From the IMG/VR virus record IMGVR_UViG_3300022918_000001, positions 1 through 64,000 of that record: DNA of 64,000 nt. One strand, 5' to 3'. Positions 1 through 8,892 of the stretch are shown here, in pieces; position 1 is the first letter of the stretch; the number at the start of each line of letters is the position of its first letter. The notes under the pieces were generated by a model. It ran no database searches. It had not been told where the DNA came from and saw nothing but the letters and a program-made list of their open reading frames with translations. A program made the translations under genes and the position numbers. Origin of the DNA: a virus.

Positions 1-672
1 ATCAATAAACGAAAAACAAACTATACAGTTATACCAAACGAAATAATAAGGGCAAAAGATTTGACATGGAAAGCAAAAGGCTTGATGTGTTATTTACTTA
101 GCCTTTCGGATGAATGGACTGTACATAAAAGTGACCTATCAAATCGATCATTAGACGGTTATGATTCTATGATTACCGGATGGAATGAGTTAGAAAAATT
201 AGGCTATATACAGACGGTTCGAGTAAAAGAAAATAACCTTTTTAAGGGGTACAACTATATTATTCATGACTCCCGTGTTCGGGATTTTACAGAACAGGAA
301 AATACAGAGCAGGAAAATCCCCAGCTAATAAGTAACTCTTTAAAACAAGTAACTCTTTCTTTAGATACTAAAGTATCTATTGACCGTTCCTTCGAAACGT
401 TCTGGAAGTTATACCCAATTAAATCAGGTAAGGCTAAGTGTGAGAAGAAATGGACTAATATTTCTAATGCTGACAAGGATAAAATAATGTCAACCATAAA
501 TGAGTTTTTAAACTACAAGCCTTTTGCTACTTATTCTCTTCCTTACCCATTGACCTACCTTAATGGCGAAAGATGGAATGACTCATTAGGTAAAGAAGAA
601 ATATCGGAAGAAACAAAAAATGATAACACACCAGACATAGGAGATTTATATGCACAATTTAGGGGAGAGTAG
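1..672 (+). CDS. replication initiator / replisome-organizer-like winged-helix protein (5' end outside window)
   Basis: Frame is open from nt 1 (INKRKTNYTVIPNEIIRAKDLTWKAKGLMCYLLSLSDEW...), the N-terminal HTH pattern typical of phage DnaD/replication-initiator proteins. C-terminal FETFWKLYPIKSGK...LTYLNGERWND block. Directly upstream of the primase-helicase. TAG stop at 670-672. Confidence 0.6.
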   Translation: MNKRKTNYTVIPNEIIRAKDLTWKAKGLMCYLLSLSDEWTVHKSDLSNRSLDGYDSMITGWNELEKLGYIQTVRVKENNLFKGYNYIIHDSRVRDFTEQENTEQENPQLISNSLKQVTLSLDTKVSIDRSFETFWKLYPIKSGKAKCEKKWTNISNADKDKIMSTINEFLNYKPFATYSLPYPLTYLNGERWNDSLGKEEISEETKNDNTPDIGDLYAQFRGE

Positions 673-2671
673 TTTACAGTTCATGCCTGTATTGGAAAAC
701 AAACGGCCAATACACAAACAGTGGGAACAAAAAAAGGTTGAGTACGATTTTACAAATGCAAAAGCATACGGATTAGTTTGTGGAGCGATTAGCGGTAATG
801 TCGAAGCTATTGATATTGATTTAAAATATGATTTAACTAAAAATCTAGGAAAGGATTATTCAGATTTAATCAAAAGCATTAGTCCTGATCTATTAGATAA
901 GTTAGTTATACAACGGACAGTAAGCGGAGGTTATCATTTCATATATAAATGTGATTATATCGAAGGCAATAAAAAACTTGCTGAAAGATACACCACTGAA
1001 AATGAGAAGCAGGAAACTTATATTAAAACACTAGAGGCTGAACGTAAAAAAGGTACTGACGAAAAAATAGCGAAGGAAATTGCTCAAAAAGCTAGTCTTC
1101 ATGATTCTAAAAGGGTTCTTCTTGAAACTCGTGGTGAGAAAGGATTTGTAGCCTGTCATCCAACTGTAGGATACAAACTAATTAGAGGCGACTTTTTTAA
1201 TGTTCAGAAAATCTCAATAGAAGAGAGGAATATTTTAATAAACTCTGCTTACAACTTCAATGAAGTGTTTAAGGAGCCTGTAGAGATAAAATTTACAGAA
1301 AAAAAGACTTACAAAGGTCTTACCCCATGTGAAGATTACAATGAACGTGGAGACGTAATTTCTCTATTAAGCAACCATGGATGGACTATTGTTGGAAGGA
1401 AAGGCAGTAAAACCTTATTAAGAAGGCCGGGAGATACTAAAGCGGAGCATTCTGGAAACTATGATGACTCAAAGAAATGGTTTAGTGTTTTTAGCACGTC
1501 TACTGAATTTGAAGCACAAACCCCATATCTACCCTATGCAGTGTTTGCAATACTTGAATGCAAGGGTGATTACAATTCAGCTCCATCAAGGTTGAGGGAA
1601 ATGGGTTATGGAGAAAAAAATGAATCAATACCAGACAATGACATTAAAGTTGGTTCTTCAATTGATTTAAATGATGATGACTTGTCTTTCGTTGCTACAG
1701 AAGAAGATTATGAAGCATATCTTGATACTTGGAGGAATGGAACATTTGAAAAAGGATTAAGTACAGGTTTTACTACGTTGGATAAACACTTTTTATTTAA
1801 AGAGGGAGACTTGGTTATCATAAATGGGATTGATAACGTTGGTAAATCGACGGTTATATGGTACTTAGCTCTTCTTTCAAGTCTGCTTCATGGTTGGGAT
1901 TGGATAATTTATAGTTCAGAGAATAAAGTTGGGGGTGTAATGAGAAAGCTAATTGAATTTTATTGGAGCAAATCTATTTTGAAAATGTCCGATGAAGAAT
2001 ATCAAATAGCCAAAAAATACATTAAGAGCAAATTCACTATAATCAAATCAAAAGATACCCTTTACAATTACATGGATGGAATAAACATGGTTAAAAAGCT
2101 TTTGAAGAGAAAAAAATATAAAGGATGTATGTTCGATCCGTATAACTCTTTTAAAATAGATGTGCCACTTAAATCCAAGCAATCTACCTACGAGTACCAT
2201 TATGAAGCCGCTAGCGTAATGCAACTGTTCGGTAAGCAGAATAACGTATCTATTTATTTGAACGTCCATGTGGGGACTATTGGAGCTAGAAAGAAAGATA
2301 ATAAAGGTCATACTCTTCCTCCACAAAAAGAGGATACAGAGATGGGGGTTATGTTTGCTAACAAGGCTGACGAGTTTCTAACTGTCCACCGTTACACTCA
2401 AAAGGCTGATGAATTTTTGTTTTCGGAGTTGCACGTACGGAAAGTTAAAGAGGTGGAGACAGGCGGAAGTGTAACTACTCATGATAAGCCATTTAAAATG
2501 ATGATGGTAGATAACTTCTCTGGATTCAGATGTAAAGATTTGAAGGAAAATCCAATTAAAAAGTATCATGGGATTGTTGAAGAGGAAGATGGATTGCCTA
2601 AAACATCAGTTTTCCACGAACCTAAAGAGCCAATAATTACAGATGAACCAACAATAGAAGAATTATTTTAG
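650..2671 (+). CDS. bifunctional primase-polymerase (Prim-Pol) fused to DnaB/RecA-like helicase ATPase
   Basis: Prim-Pol motifs GLVCG..VEAIDIDLKYD, SGGYHFIYKC, ETRGEKGFVACHP. Central RRPGDTKAEHSGN...FSVFSTS block resembles a primase C-terminal domain. Walker A VIINGIDNVGKSTV and Walker B-like CMFDPYNS. Alternative start ATG 683 lies just after the upstream stop. Confidence 0.8.
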   Translation: MHNLGESSLQFMPVLENKRPIHKQWEQKKVEYDFTNAKAYGLVCGAISGNVEAIDIDLKYDLTKNLGKDYSDLIKSISPDLLDKLVIQRTVSGGYHFIYKCDYIEGNKKLAERYTTENEKQETYIKTLEAERKKGTDEKIAKEIAQKASLHDSKRVLLETRGEKGFVACHPTVGYKLIRGDFFNVQKISIEERNILINSAYNFNEVFKEPVEIKFTEKKTYKGLTPCEDYNERGDVISLLSNHGWTIVGRKGSKTLLRRPGDTKAEHSGNYDDSKKWFSVFSTSTEFEAQTPYLPYAVFAILECKGDYNSAPSRLREMGYGEKNESIPDNDIKVGSSIDLNDDDLSFVATEEDYEAYLDTWRNGTFEKGLSTGFTTLDKHFLFKEGDLVIINGIDNVGKSTVIWYLALLSSLLHGWDWIIYSSENKVGGVMRKLIEFYWSKSILKMSDEEYQIAKKYIKSKFTIIKSKDTLYNYMDGINMVKKLLKRKKYKGCMFDPYNSFKIDVPLKSKQSTYEYHYEAASVMQLFGKQNNVSIYLNVHVGTIGARKKDNKGHTLPPQKEDTEMGVMFANKADEFLTVHRYTQKADEFLFSELHVRKVKEVETGGSVTTHDKPFKMMMVDNFSGFRCKDLKENPIKKYHGIVEEEDGLPKTSVFHEPKEPIITDEPTIEELF

Positions 2672-2947
2672 ATGGAAGAATTATTTGATACAGAATTTGG
2701 ATATAATTATAGATCGTTTACCGGAAGCAGTGGAACTTGGACTATAATTGGAACAGAAGCAAAAAAAACTGTTAAGGGTTCATTAGATACCTTTAAATCT
2801 GATAAAGGAGATAAAAGGACATACAAAAGGGAACAAGTAATAGAGCAGTACGAGGCGGGCAAAATAACGCCAGTTGAAACTAGCTTAATTGTAGTACCAA
2901 AACACGACTCGAAAGAGTTTAAAAAGAAATTAGGGAGACAGAAGTAA
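2672..2947 (+). CDS. hypothetical protein
   Basis: 91-aa ORF that starts at the nucleotide after the upstream TAG. Co-oriented in a tight operon. No recognisable motif. Confidence 0.55.
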   Translation: MEELFDTEFGYNYRSFTGSSGTWTIIGTEAKKTVKGSLDTFKSDKGDKRTYKREQVIEQYEAGKITPVETSLIVVPKHDSKEFKKKLGRQK

Positions 2948-3483
2948 TGAAAGAGACAGATTACAGTATGGAAAAGGATTTTTTAAAGGAAATGGAAACG
3001 CCTACAGATTGGATATTTTATGCAGGATCAAAATGGTTCAAGGCTGTAGACTTCCTTTCAAGATATAAACAGCACCTTATTCAGAACGACGTAAAAAAAG
3101 GAACATCATATGATAAGTTATTTGAAATTGAAAAAAGGCTTTTAACAAAGAGAATTAAAGAGCTTGAAAAGGAAGTTCAAAAGCAACGTGATTGTAACTT
3201 TGAACTAGCGGCATACCAATGTGACAAGCCTTACAGTGATGAATGGGGAAATAAAAGATGTGCTTATCAGAATAAAATACCACAATGGATAAGCACACGA
3301 GACAATTTGCCTGAAAATAAACAATCGGTATTATTTTACTCCGATCAAGGAGAAAAGGCTAGATATATATATTCTGGATTTTTCTTTGAAAATAACTTTT
3401 ACTACGAAAGCACAGACGAGCCATACGCTTTACGTGATAGTATCACATACTGGATGCCTTCACCTGAAATACCTAAACAATAA
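2947..3483 (+). CDS. hypothetical protein with DUF551-like C-terminus
   Basis: TAATG overlap with the upstream gene. The C-terminal ...LRDSITYWMPSPEIPKQ resembles the WMPxPExP ending of DUF551 phage proteins. Confidence 0.55.
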   Translation: MKETDYSMEKDFLKEMETPTDWIFYAGSKWFKAVDFLSRYKQHLIQNDVKKGTSYDKLFEIEKRLLTKRIKELEKEVQKQRDCNFELAAYQCDKPYSDEWGNKRCAYQNKIPQWISTRDNLPENKQSVLFYSDQGEKARYIYSGFFFENNFYYESTDEPYALRDSITYWMPSPEIPKQ

Positions 3484-3487
3484 AAAC

Positions 3488-3664
3488 ATGAAACGGCGTA
3501 AAATAAAACTAGGAAAGAAAGCTAAGCATACTCATTGGGGTAAAGCAGGATTATCCCGAGGTATGTACACAGGTGGATTCACTAGATGGATATACGGAAT
3601 TAAAGGGATTATCTCGTATGAGGTATTAGAATGTTGGGGAGACTTTAAAAACATGACGTTATGA
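3488..3664 (+). CDS. hypothetical small basic protein (58 aa)
   Basis: Internal ATG of track ORF 3386..3664, 5 nt after the upstream stop. Encodes MKRRKIKLGKKAKHTHWGK.... ATGA overlap with the YopX start. The longer version would overlap the upstream gene by about 100 nt. Confidence 0.45.
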   Translation: MKRRKIKLGKKAKHTHWGKAGLSRGMYTGGFTRWIYGIKGIISYEVLECWGDFKNMTL

Positions 3665-4035
3665 GGGAAATATTTTTTAGAGCATGGATGCAAGGCAATA
3701 TGTATTATAATCATTCGGTTAGTATAACTATTGACGGTGAAGTACATTATCTGGATACATATGGTAACTGGGAAGAAGATAAGAATGATGGTATAGTTAC
3801 CTTGATGCAGTATACAGGAATAAAAGATGAAAATTCAGAAATGATTTTTGAAGGAGATATAATTAGTTATACCCAACATCACCACAATACAGAAATGGTA
3901 AAAACAAAAACTAAGGTTGTAAAATGGAATAAAGACCGATGGAATGTTTATGAAACTTCTGCCGGAGAAAGCAATGTAAAGAAAATTGGAAATATTTGGG
4001 AGACACCAGAATTAATACCGAATGAGTCTATTTGA
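3661..4035 (+). CDS. YopX family protein
   Basis: MREIFFRAW..., LMQYTGIKDENSEMIFEGDII and IGNIWETPELI match the conserved YopX blocks (MREIKFRAW / QYTGLKDKNGKEIYEGDI / GNIYENPELL). Confidence 0.8.
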   Translation: MREIFFRAWMQGNMYYNHSVSITIDGEVHYLDTYGNWEEDKNDGIVTLMQYTGIKDENSEMIFEGDIISYTQHHHNTEMVKTKTKVVKWNKDRWNVYETSAGESNVKKIGNIWETPELIPNESI

Positions 4036-4189
4036 AAAATACCTTGGACGTCCTGTGGAGGAAAAAGACAAGATTTTCGAGAGGGAGTGGTATGTAGCTA
4101 AGTTATACAGCAAATCCCACATGAGAAAGAGGTGGAAGGAAATAGGATTTAAACTTCCAACAGTTGAACAACTAAAATTAGAACTATGA
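4022..4189 (+). CDS. hypothetical small protein (55 aa)
   Basis: Hand-translated ORF MSLFEKYLGRPVEEKDKIFEREWYVAKLYSKSHMRKRWKEIGFKLPTVEQLKLEL. It fills the 4036-4185 gap and ends in an ATGA overlap with the next gene. Below the track length cut-off. Confidence 0.4.
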   Translation: MSLFEKYLGRPVEEKDKIFEREWYVAKLYSKSHMRKRWKEIGFKLPTVEQLKLEL

Positions 4190-4899
4190 CCATCGTAATT
4201 CCTGTAAAGTCAGGCACAAACCCTATAGAATTAAAATACGCTATTAGAAGCCTTTTAAAGAGTTTTAATGAAGAAGTTGATATTTGTATAATAGGAGATA
4301 AGATATACTCTCTACGGGGCTTAAAATACGTTTCTTGCCAAGATGATAAGTCAAGTAAACATAAGGAACGTAATATATATCTTAAAATCCTAAAAGCAAT
4401 AGATAGTAGACTAGTTTCACATGATTTCTGCTTTATGAACGATGACCACTTTTTAACCCAATCGTTCGACTTAAACTCATTACCTTTTTATCACAAGGGA
4501 GAGCTAGAAAACACAATGCAGAAGAATGCCGGAGACTACAGGAAGTCATTAAACCACACAAGGAAATTCTTATTGAGTCAGGGAAAGTCTACGTTAGATT
4601 TTGACACTCACTTTCCTATTATCTACAACAAGGATAAATTTATTAATACATTTGTGGGTAATAACCTGAATTGGCAGCAACCGTTCGGGTACGTGATTAA
4701 AAGCTTGTATTGTAATTTAAACGACATAAAAGGAGAATTTGGAGGTGATTGCAAGATTCAAAGCAAGTTAAGTTACGAAGAGATACAGAAGAAAATAGAA
4801 GGAAGAACATTTTTCAGCACATCAGATGGATGTATGAACGATGCAATGATTAGAACATTAGAAGAACTATATGGAGAACCAAGTAAGTACGAAAAGTAA
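4186..4899 (+). CDS. putative nucleotide-sugar/sugar-phosphate transferase-like protein (tentative)
   Basis: N-terminal IVIPVKSG..ELKYAIRSL, then CIIGD and FCFMNDDHF, resemble a GT-A-type/Stealth-like transferase core (beta-strand start, acidic DD motif). Assigned by pattern only. Confidence 0.45.
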   Translation: MTIVIPVKSGTNPIELKYAIRSLLKSFNEEVDICIIGDKIYSLRGLKYVSCQDDKSSKHKERNIYLKILKAIDSRLVSHDFCFMNDDHFLTQSFDLNSLPFYHKGELENTMQKNAGDYRKSLNHTRKFLLSQGKSTLDFDTHFPIIYNKDKFINTFVGNNLNWQQPFGYVIKSLYCNLNDIKGEFGGDCKIQSKLSYEEIQKKIEGRTFFSTSDGCMNDAMIRTLEELYGEPSKYEK

Positions 4900-5164
4900 C
4901 AAAGCTCGACAATTCACTAGGAGCGAAGGTGGATTAAAAGTCCCTGTAGATTTTGAGATCACAGAACATGAAATCTTAACCACAGAATACAAGGTGGAAA
5001 AGAAAGAGGTATACTCAAAGATTTTTAAGTCTAAAATAACGAGTAGAGTAGTCAAAATAAGCAAACATTGGGTACATGCTTTATTTTTTGAGGACGGTAA
5101 AGTTTACGATGTAAGACCAGAAGGATTTAAGATAAGAGAATTACAGGAGGTGGTAATCGTATGA
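4871..5164 (+). CDS. hypothetical protein
   Basis: 97-aa ORF, co-oriented. Overlaps its neighbours (29 nt upstream; ATGA-type overlap downstream). Confidence 0.5.
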   Translation: MENQVSTKSNKARQFTRSEGGLKVPVDFEITEHEILTTEYKVEKKEVYSKIFKSKITSRVVKISKHWVHALFFEDGKVYDVRPEGFKIRELQEVVIV

Positions 5165-6084
5165 TAAATTTAAAAACGTTTAAACTAAATGCCAACTATG
5201 TATTGGTAAAGGTAGATGCGCAATTAGAGACATATCAGCGTTTTGGGAAGGAAACTAACCTAATATCACCGGACTTCAAGTATGAAAAAGGCGAAAAGAT
5301 AAACGTTAAAGAGCGTAACCTAAGTGTCATGGGAACCGTCTACGCTGTACCAAGCAAGTTAAACTTTCATTTGGAGGAAATAACAGATTTAAAGCGCAAT
5401 ACATGCTTCGCTGTAATAGATGGTAAAGCCACTCCAATCAACATTAGCATACACAGGCGAATAGGGAACCTTACAGAGTCGTCAGTGCTATTTAATTCTG
5501 AAATGGAACTATGTACCGGAGACAGAATAAACTTCTCTTACATGGCTCATAAGAAGGCTAAAGACGACCAGATGATCGTAGATACAGAACTAGGGGAAAT
5601 GTACCTTATCAAGTATGATATGATCTACATGACTTTAGATGAAAACGACAAGCCTAAAAAGATGTTAAACGGCTACTTGCTAGTAGAACCGGAAGAGATA
5701 GAAGTGTTGAAAGAAGGAGCGCAGGAATTTATTGAGCATACCGGAGGACTAGTAACACTGGCACCTAAATTCAAGCAAAAGAAAACCAAGAAAAACCAGA
5801 TTGGAAAAATCCTACTTGCAGGAAAGAGAATAAAGAATGTCTCTAATGACCTTAGCGGATACTTACAGCACACAGAAAAGCACGACTGTATCCAACCTTT
5901 AGACTTGGAGGAAAAGATTATCTATGACCCTAGATTGTGCCAGAAATTGGAGTTTGATACGCATCAGATTATGAGTGATAAGGTACTCCACTTAATTCAG
6001 AGAAAGGACATACACTTCTTTTGCACTAAGGACTTTGATTTTAGCACATTGAGTTTAGAGAAAAGGAGGTTAGCAAATGTTTGA
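5161..6084 (+). CDS. hypothetical protein, possibly two GroES/gp31-like beta-barrel modules
   Basis: Two segments follow a GroES-like pattern: LNANYVLVKVD...GTVYAVPS...GDRINFSY...YLIKYDMIYMTL and LNGYLLVEPEE...TGGLV...IGKILLAG...KVLHLIQRKDIHF. Weak by-eye similarity only. Confidence 0.5.
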   Translation: MINLKTFKLNANYVLVKVDAQLETYQRFGKETNLISPDFKYEKGEKINVKERNLSVMGTVYAVPSKLNFHLEEITDLKRNTCFAVIDGKATPINISIHRRIGNLTESSVLFNSEMELCTGDRINFSYMAHKKAKDDQMIVDTELGEMYLIKYDMIYMTLDENDKPKKMLNGYLLVEPEEIEVLKEGAQEFIEHTGGLVTLAPKFKQKKTKKNQIGKILLAGKRIKNVSNDLSGYLQHTEKHDCIQPLDLEEKIIYDPRLCQKLEFDTHQIMSDKVLHLIQRKDIHFFCTKDFDFSTLSLEKRRLANV

Positions 6085-6676
6085 TCTAAGTAAATTATAT
6101 ATTGACTTTTCATTGTGTGAGCCTAATGAAAGTATATTGACTAGATTCCCTGAATTGAGTGCCTTTTCAGAGTTCAGGAATGCGAATAACGACAATGAAA
6201 TTAAAATCTCAATCTTAACAGGGGACAACGAGAGTCCTTTCACCCGAATAAAAGACAGGGAGACTATGTTAACGTCTATTTTCGACTTTTTAGAAATACC
6301 TAGACAAACAACGCTTCAAAAGGAGTTCTACAGTCAGGTATTAGCTTATAGGCACACACGAATAATGGACTGTTGGATAAGGTATATTCAAATCATACAC
6401 GATACAGATTTTACAGATTGGCTAATGATGCAGGAAACTTACAACTTCCTGCTTTTTCAGTCTAAGATACCTCGTAAAACAGATGAAAATGAAGATAAGT
6501 ATTTAGATAGGCGTTTAAAGATTCAGGCGAACATAAAAAAGATTGGAGCGGACTTAAAAGCACTAGAAATAAAGTTATATCCAGATAGTAAAGCAGCTAG
6601 AGAGGCATCTCTTAATGAGAACATTAAAATATCGCTGTTTGCTGAAAAACATGCCGAAGATTCCACTTATATTTGA
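6077..6676 (+). CDS. hypothetical protein (small terminase candidate by position only)
   Basis: 199-aa ORF immediately upstream of the large terminase and overlapping it. No motif recognised. Confidence 0.35.
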   Translation: MFDLSKLYIDFSLCEPNESILTRFPELSAFSEFRNANNDNEIKISILTGDNESPFTRIKDRETMLTSIFDFLEIPRQTTLQKEFYSQVLAYRHTRIMDCWIRYIQIIHDTDFTDWLMMQETYNFLLFQSKIPRKTDENEDKYLDRRLKIQANIKKIGADLKALEIKLYPDSKAAREASLNENIKISLFAEKHAEDSTYI

Positions 6677-6681
6677 TAAAC

Positions 6682-8892
6682 ATGGCGATAGATTGGAGCA
6701 CTAAAATAATAAAGAGTGGTGGTGAAGAGTTTATAGACTTGCAACTTCTGCCAGACTACACTATAAAGTTTGATGAAAATTCAAAAGTAAAGACCATCTA
6801 TGAGATGGATATTATATTCCCTACTGAACCACCTGACGAACAGTGTGCTAATTACGGATTACCAGAGTATGAGCAGATTTTCAGAAAAACATGGATACCA
6901 AAGCAAGTAAGAAATCCTAACGGCAATTTCGGTAGAGATAATTGGAGAAAAGAAGACATAGAGGCTTTCATTGAATCCGAATGGGTAAGGCGAAGACAGG
7001 GTTGTTGGTTCTTTATTAAGGGAGTTAAAACATGGATTCCGGGACTTCTTTACATGAAGATGAATTACTGGCATTCTATTACAGGTATTAAATTCATTTA
7101 CAAGTTCTCTGATTGGGAGCTTTTTTGCTTTTGGTATTTAGGATGTGTATTAGACCCTCTATGTGATGGAATGGCCGATTTTAAGTGTCGGCAGATCGGG
7201 GATTCGGAAAATGCCGTCCTGATCATATGGGAATATGGCAGTCGTGTAAGAGGTACAATTAATGCTATGCAGTCTTGTATTAACGAGGGGCACGCTAAGA
7301 AATCATACTTTCGATTGGTACATGGTCATAAAAAGATGTTGTACTATTTCCGTCCTTTAAATCAAGGTACAGAAGATCCTAAAAAAGGACTGAATCTTAG
7401 TTATCCGGCACAACACATTACTTATAGTTCAGTAAAAGGAAAGCAACAAAAAGGTGAGCTTGCAAACAGCAGTTCAACAGAGGATTATGAATATCCAGAA
7501 ATAAATTCACAGTTCTATTATGGCCCTTCTAAGGCTAATGAATTTGACGGAACTACTTTAGGTAGGGCATACTTAGATGAATTTGGGAAGTCAGATGGAA
7601 AGCTAGATCCTGTCGAGTGGATACAGGTAATCAGAGAGGCTATTGAGAGCCGAATACTCAACAAGAAAATGGGTATGATTATCATGACCTCTACTGTGGA
7701 AGATATAGGAGCAGAGAGCCTTTCATGGGCTAAGGAGATATGGGAGCAATCTGACCCTAAGAAAAGAACTGCGAGCGGTAGAACTGCAAATGGACTATAT
7801 CGTGTATTCAGAAATGTAATTGATCGTGGTGAAGTAGACAGATGGGGATTCCCATTAGCAGAGAAAATTCTGGCTGAAATAAATAGTGCTGTAAAAATCC
7901 TGATGGATGCAGGGAATATAAAAGCTGCTATTGCCTATAAGCGGAAGAATTGTATTGTGATTGATGATATTTTTATAGGAGCTAATGACAATACGCAATT
8001 TGATTCTGAAAGATTAGCACAACGACTGCACTATATAAGTGGTGAAGCTACTAAAAGCTTATGGGTACAAGGAAATTTAAAATGGAAAGATAATATACCA
8101 GATTCAGAAGTTATTTGGGAGCCTAATAGCAATGGGAAATGGGTTATATCTAAGCATCCTAAAGACTTTGGGTTACGAGAAAATGCTAAGGTAACAGGGG
8201 TAATATCTCCTAAACCTGCTAATATAAATTACTTTAAAGCAGGACTTGACCCTTACGAACAGGAGGACACACTAGAAAAAGACCCTTCGTTAGGGGCGAT
8301 TTGCGTTAAAAGGGTTTTAGATGAATATATAGATGGTAATACTCACCAATACCATCAGTTTGATGATCCTCAAGGTAGATTTAGGGTAGGAGACCCTGTA
8401 AACTATGGACAAGACTTTACTACAAATAGGATAGTGTGTGACTACTTGTTTAGAGAGAATGACCCTAATGATTTCTTTGAGGATGTAATTTTAACAATGG
8501 TATATTACGGCACAGATTTCTTGCCAGAGAAAGATAGATTTGGAGCGTGTCACAGCTATATAAAGACAAGGGGTTACGAATTATACCTTATGGAGAAACC
8601 TACAGATAAAAAGAATTCTAAAGGACAAGTAGAGAGACAAGGAGTGAGTGCTACTATTGGTAACATCGATACATATTTCAGTTACTTAACTACATTATCC
8701 GCAAAGTGGGCTAACAGCATCGACCATCCAAGAGTTTTACAGCAGTTGCTTTCTATGAATTGGAAAAACAGAGGTAAACGAGATCTCGGAGTAGCTTGCG
8801 GTTGGATGGAATTTGCCGCAGCACAACCAAGATCAGCATTTAAACCACAAGAACAGTCAACAGTACAACATTATCAAGAGTATGCAGTATAA
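6682..8892 (+). CDS. terL: terminase large subunit
   Basis: Deviant lambda-gpA-like P-loop KCRQIGDS (compare KSARVGYS), Walker B AYLDEFGKS, coupling motif IMTSTVE, and a C-terminal nuclease-type acidic site AGLDPYEQED. First ATG is 5 nt after the upstream stop (the track start 6673 is TTG). Precedes the portal. Confidence 0.7.
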   Translation: MAIDWSTKIIKSGGEEFIDLQLLPDYTIKFDENSKVKTIYEMDIIFPTEPPDEQCANYGLPEYEQIFRKTWIPKQVRNPNGNFGRDNWRKEDIEAFIESEWVRRRQGCWFFIKGVKTWIPGLLYMKMNYWHSITGIKFIYKFSDWELFCFWYLGCVLDPLCDGMADFKCRQIGDSENAVLIIWEYGSRVRGTINAMQSCINEGHAKKSYFRLVHGHKKMLYYFRPLNQGTEDPKKGLNLSYPAQHITYSSVKGKQQKGELANSSSTEDYEYPEINSQFYYGPSKANEFDGTTLGRAYLDEFGKSDGKLDPVEWIQVIREAIESRILNKKMGMIIMTSTVEDIGAESLSWAKEIWEQSDPKKRTASGRTANGLYRVFRNVIDRGEVDRWGFPLAEKILAEINSAVKILMDAGNIKAAIAYKRKNCIVIDDIFIGANDNTQFDSERLAQRLHYISGEATKSLWVQGNLKWKDNIPDSEVIWEPNSNGKWVISKHPKDFGLRENAKVTGVISPKPANINYFKAGLDPYEQEDTLEKDPSLGAICVKRVLDEYIDGNTHQYHQFDDPQGRFRVGDPVNYGQDFTTNRIVCDYLFRENDPNDFFEDVILTMVYYGTDFLPEKDRFGACHSYIKTRGYELYLMEKPTDKKNSKGQVERQGVSATIGNIDTYFSYLTTLSAKWANSIDHPRVLQQLLSMNWKNRGKRDLGVACGWMEFAAAQPRSAFKPQEQSTVQHYQEYAV

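Noticed and set aside
3386-3664. Long versions of track ORFs whose 5' parts lie inside the upstream gene (3386-3664, 8813-10246, 34372-35100, 40983-41582, 16101-16319, 6673-8892).
   Set aside because: Internal ATGs placed at or just after the upstream stop codon give the overlap-coupled junctions typical of this genome. In one case (16149) the internal ATG falls downstream of a promoter box. The shorter coordinates were used.
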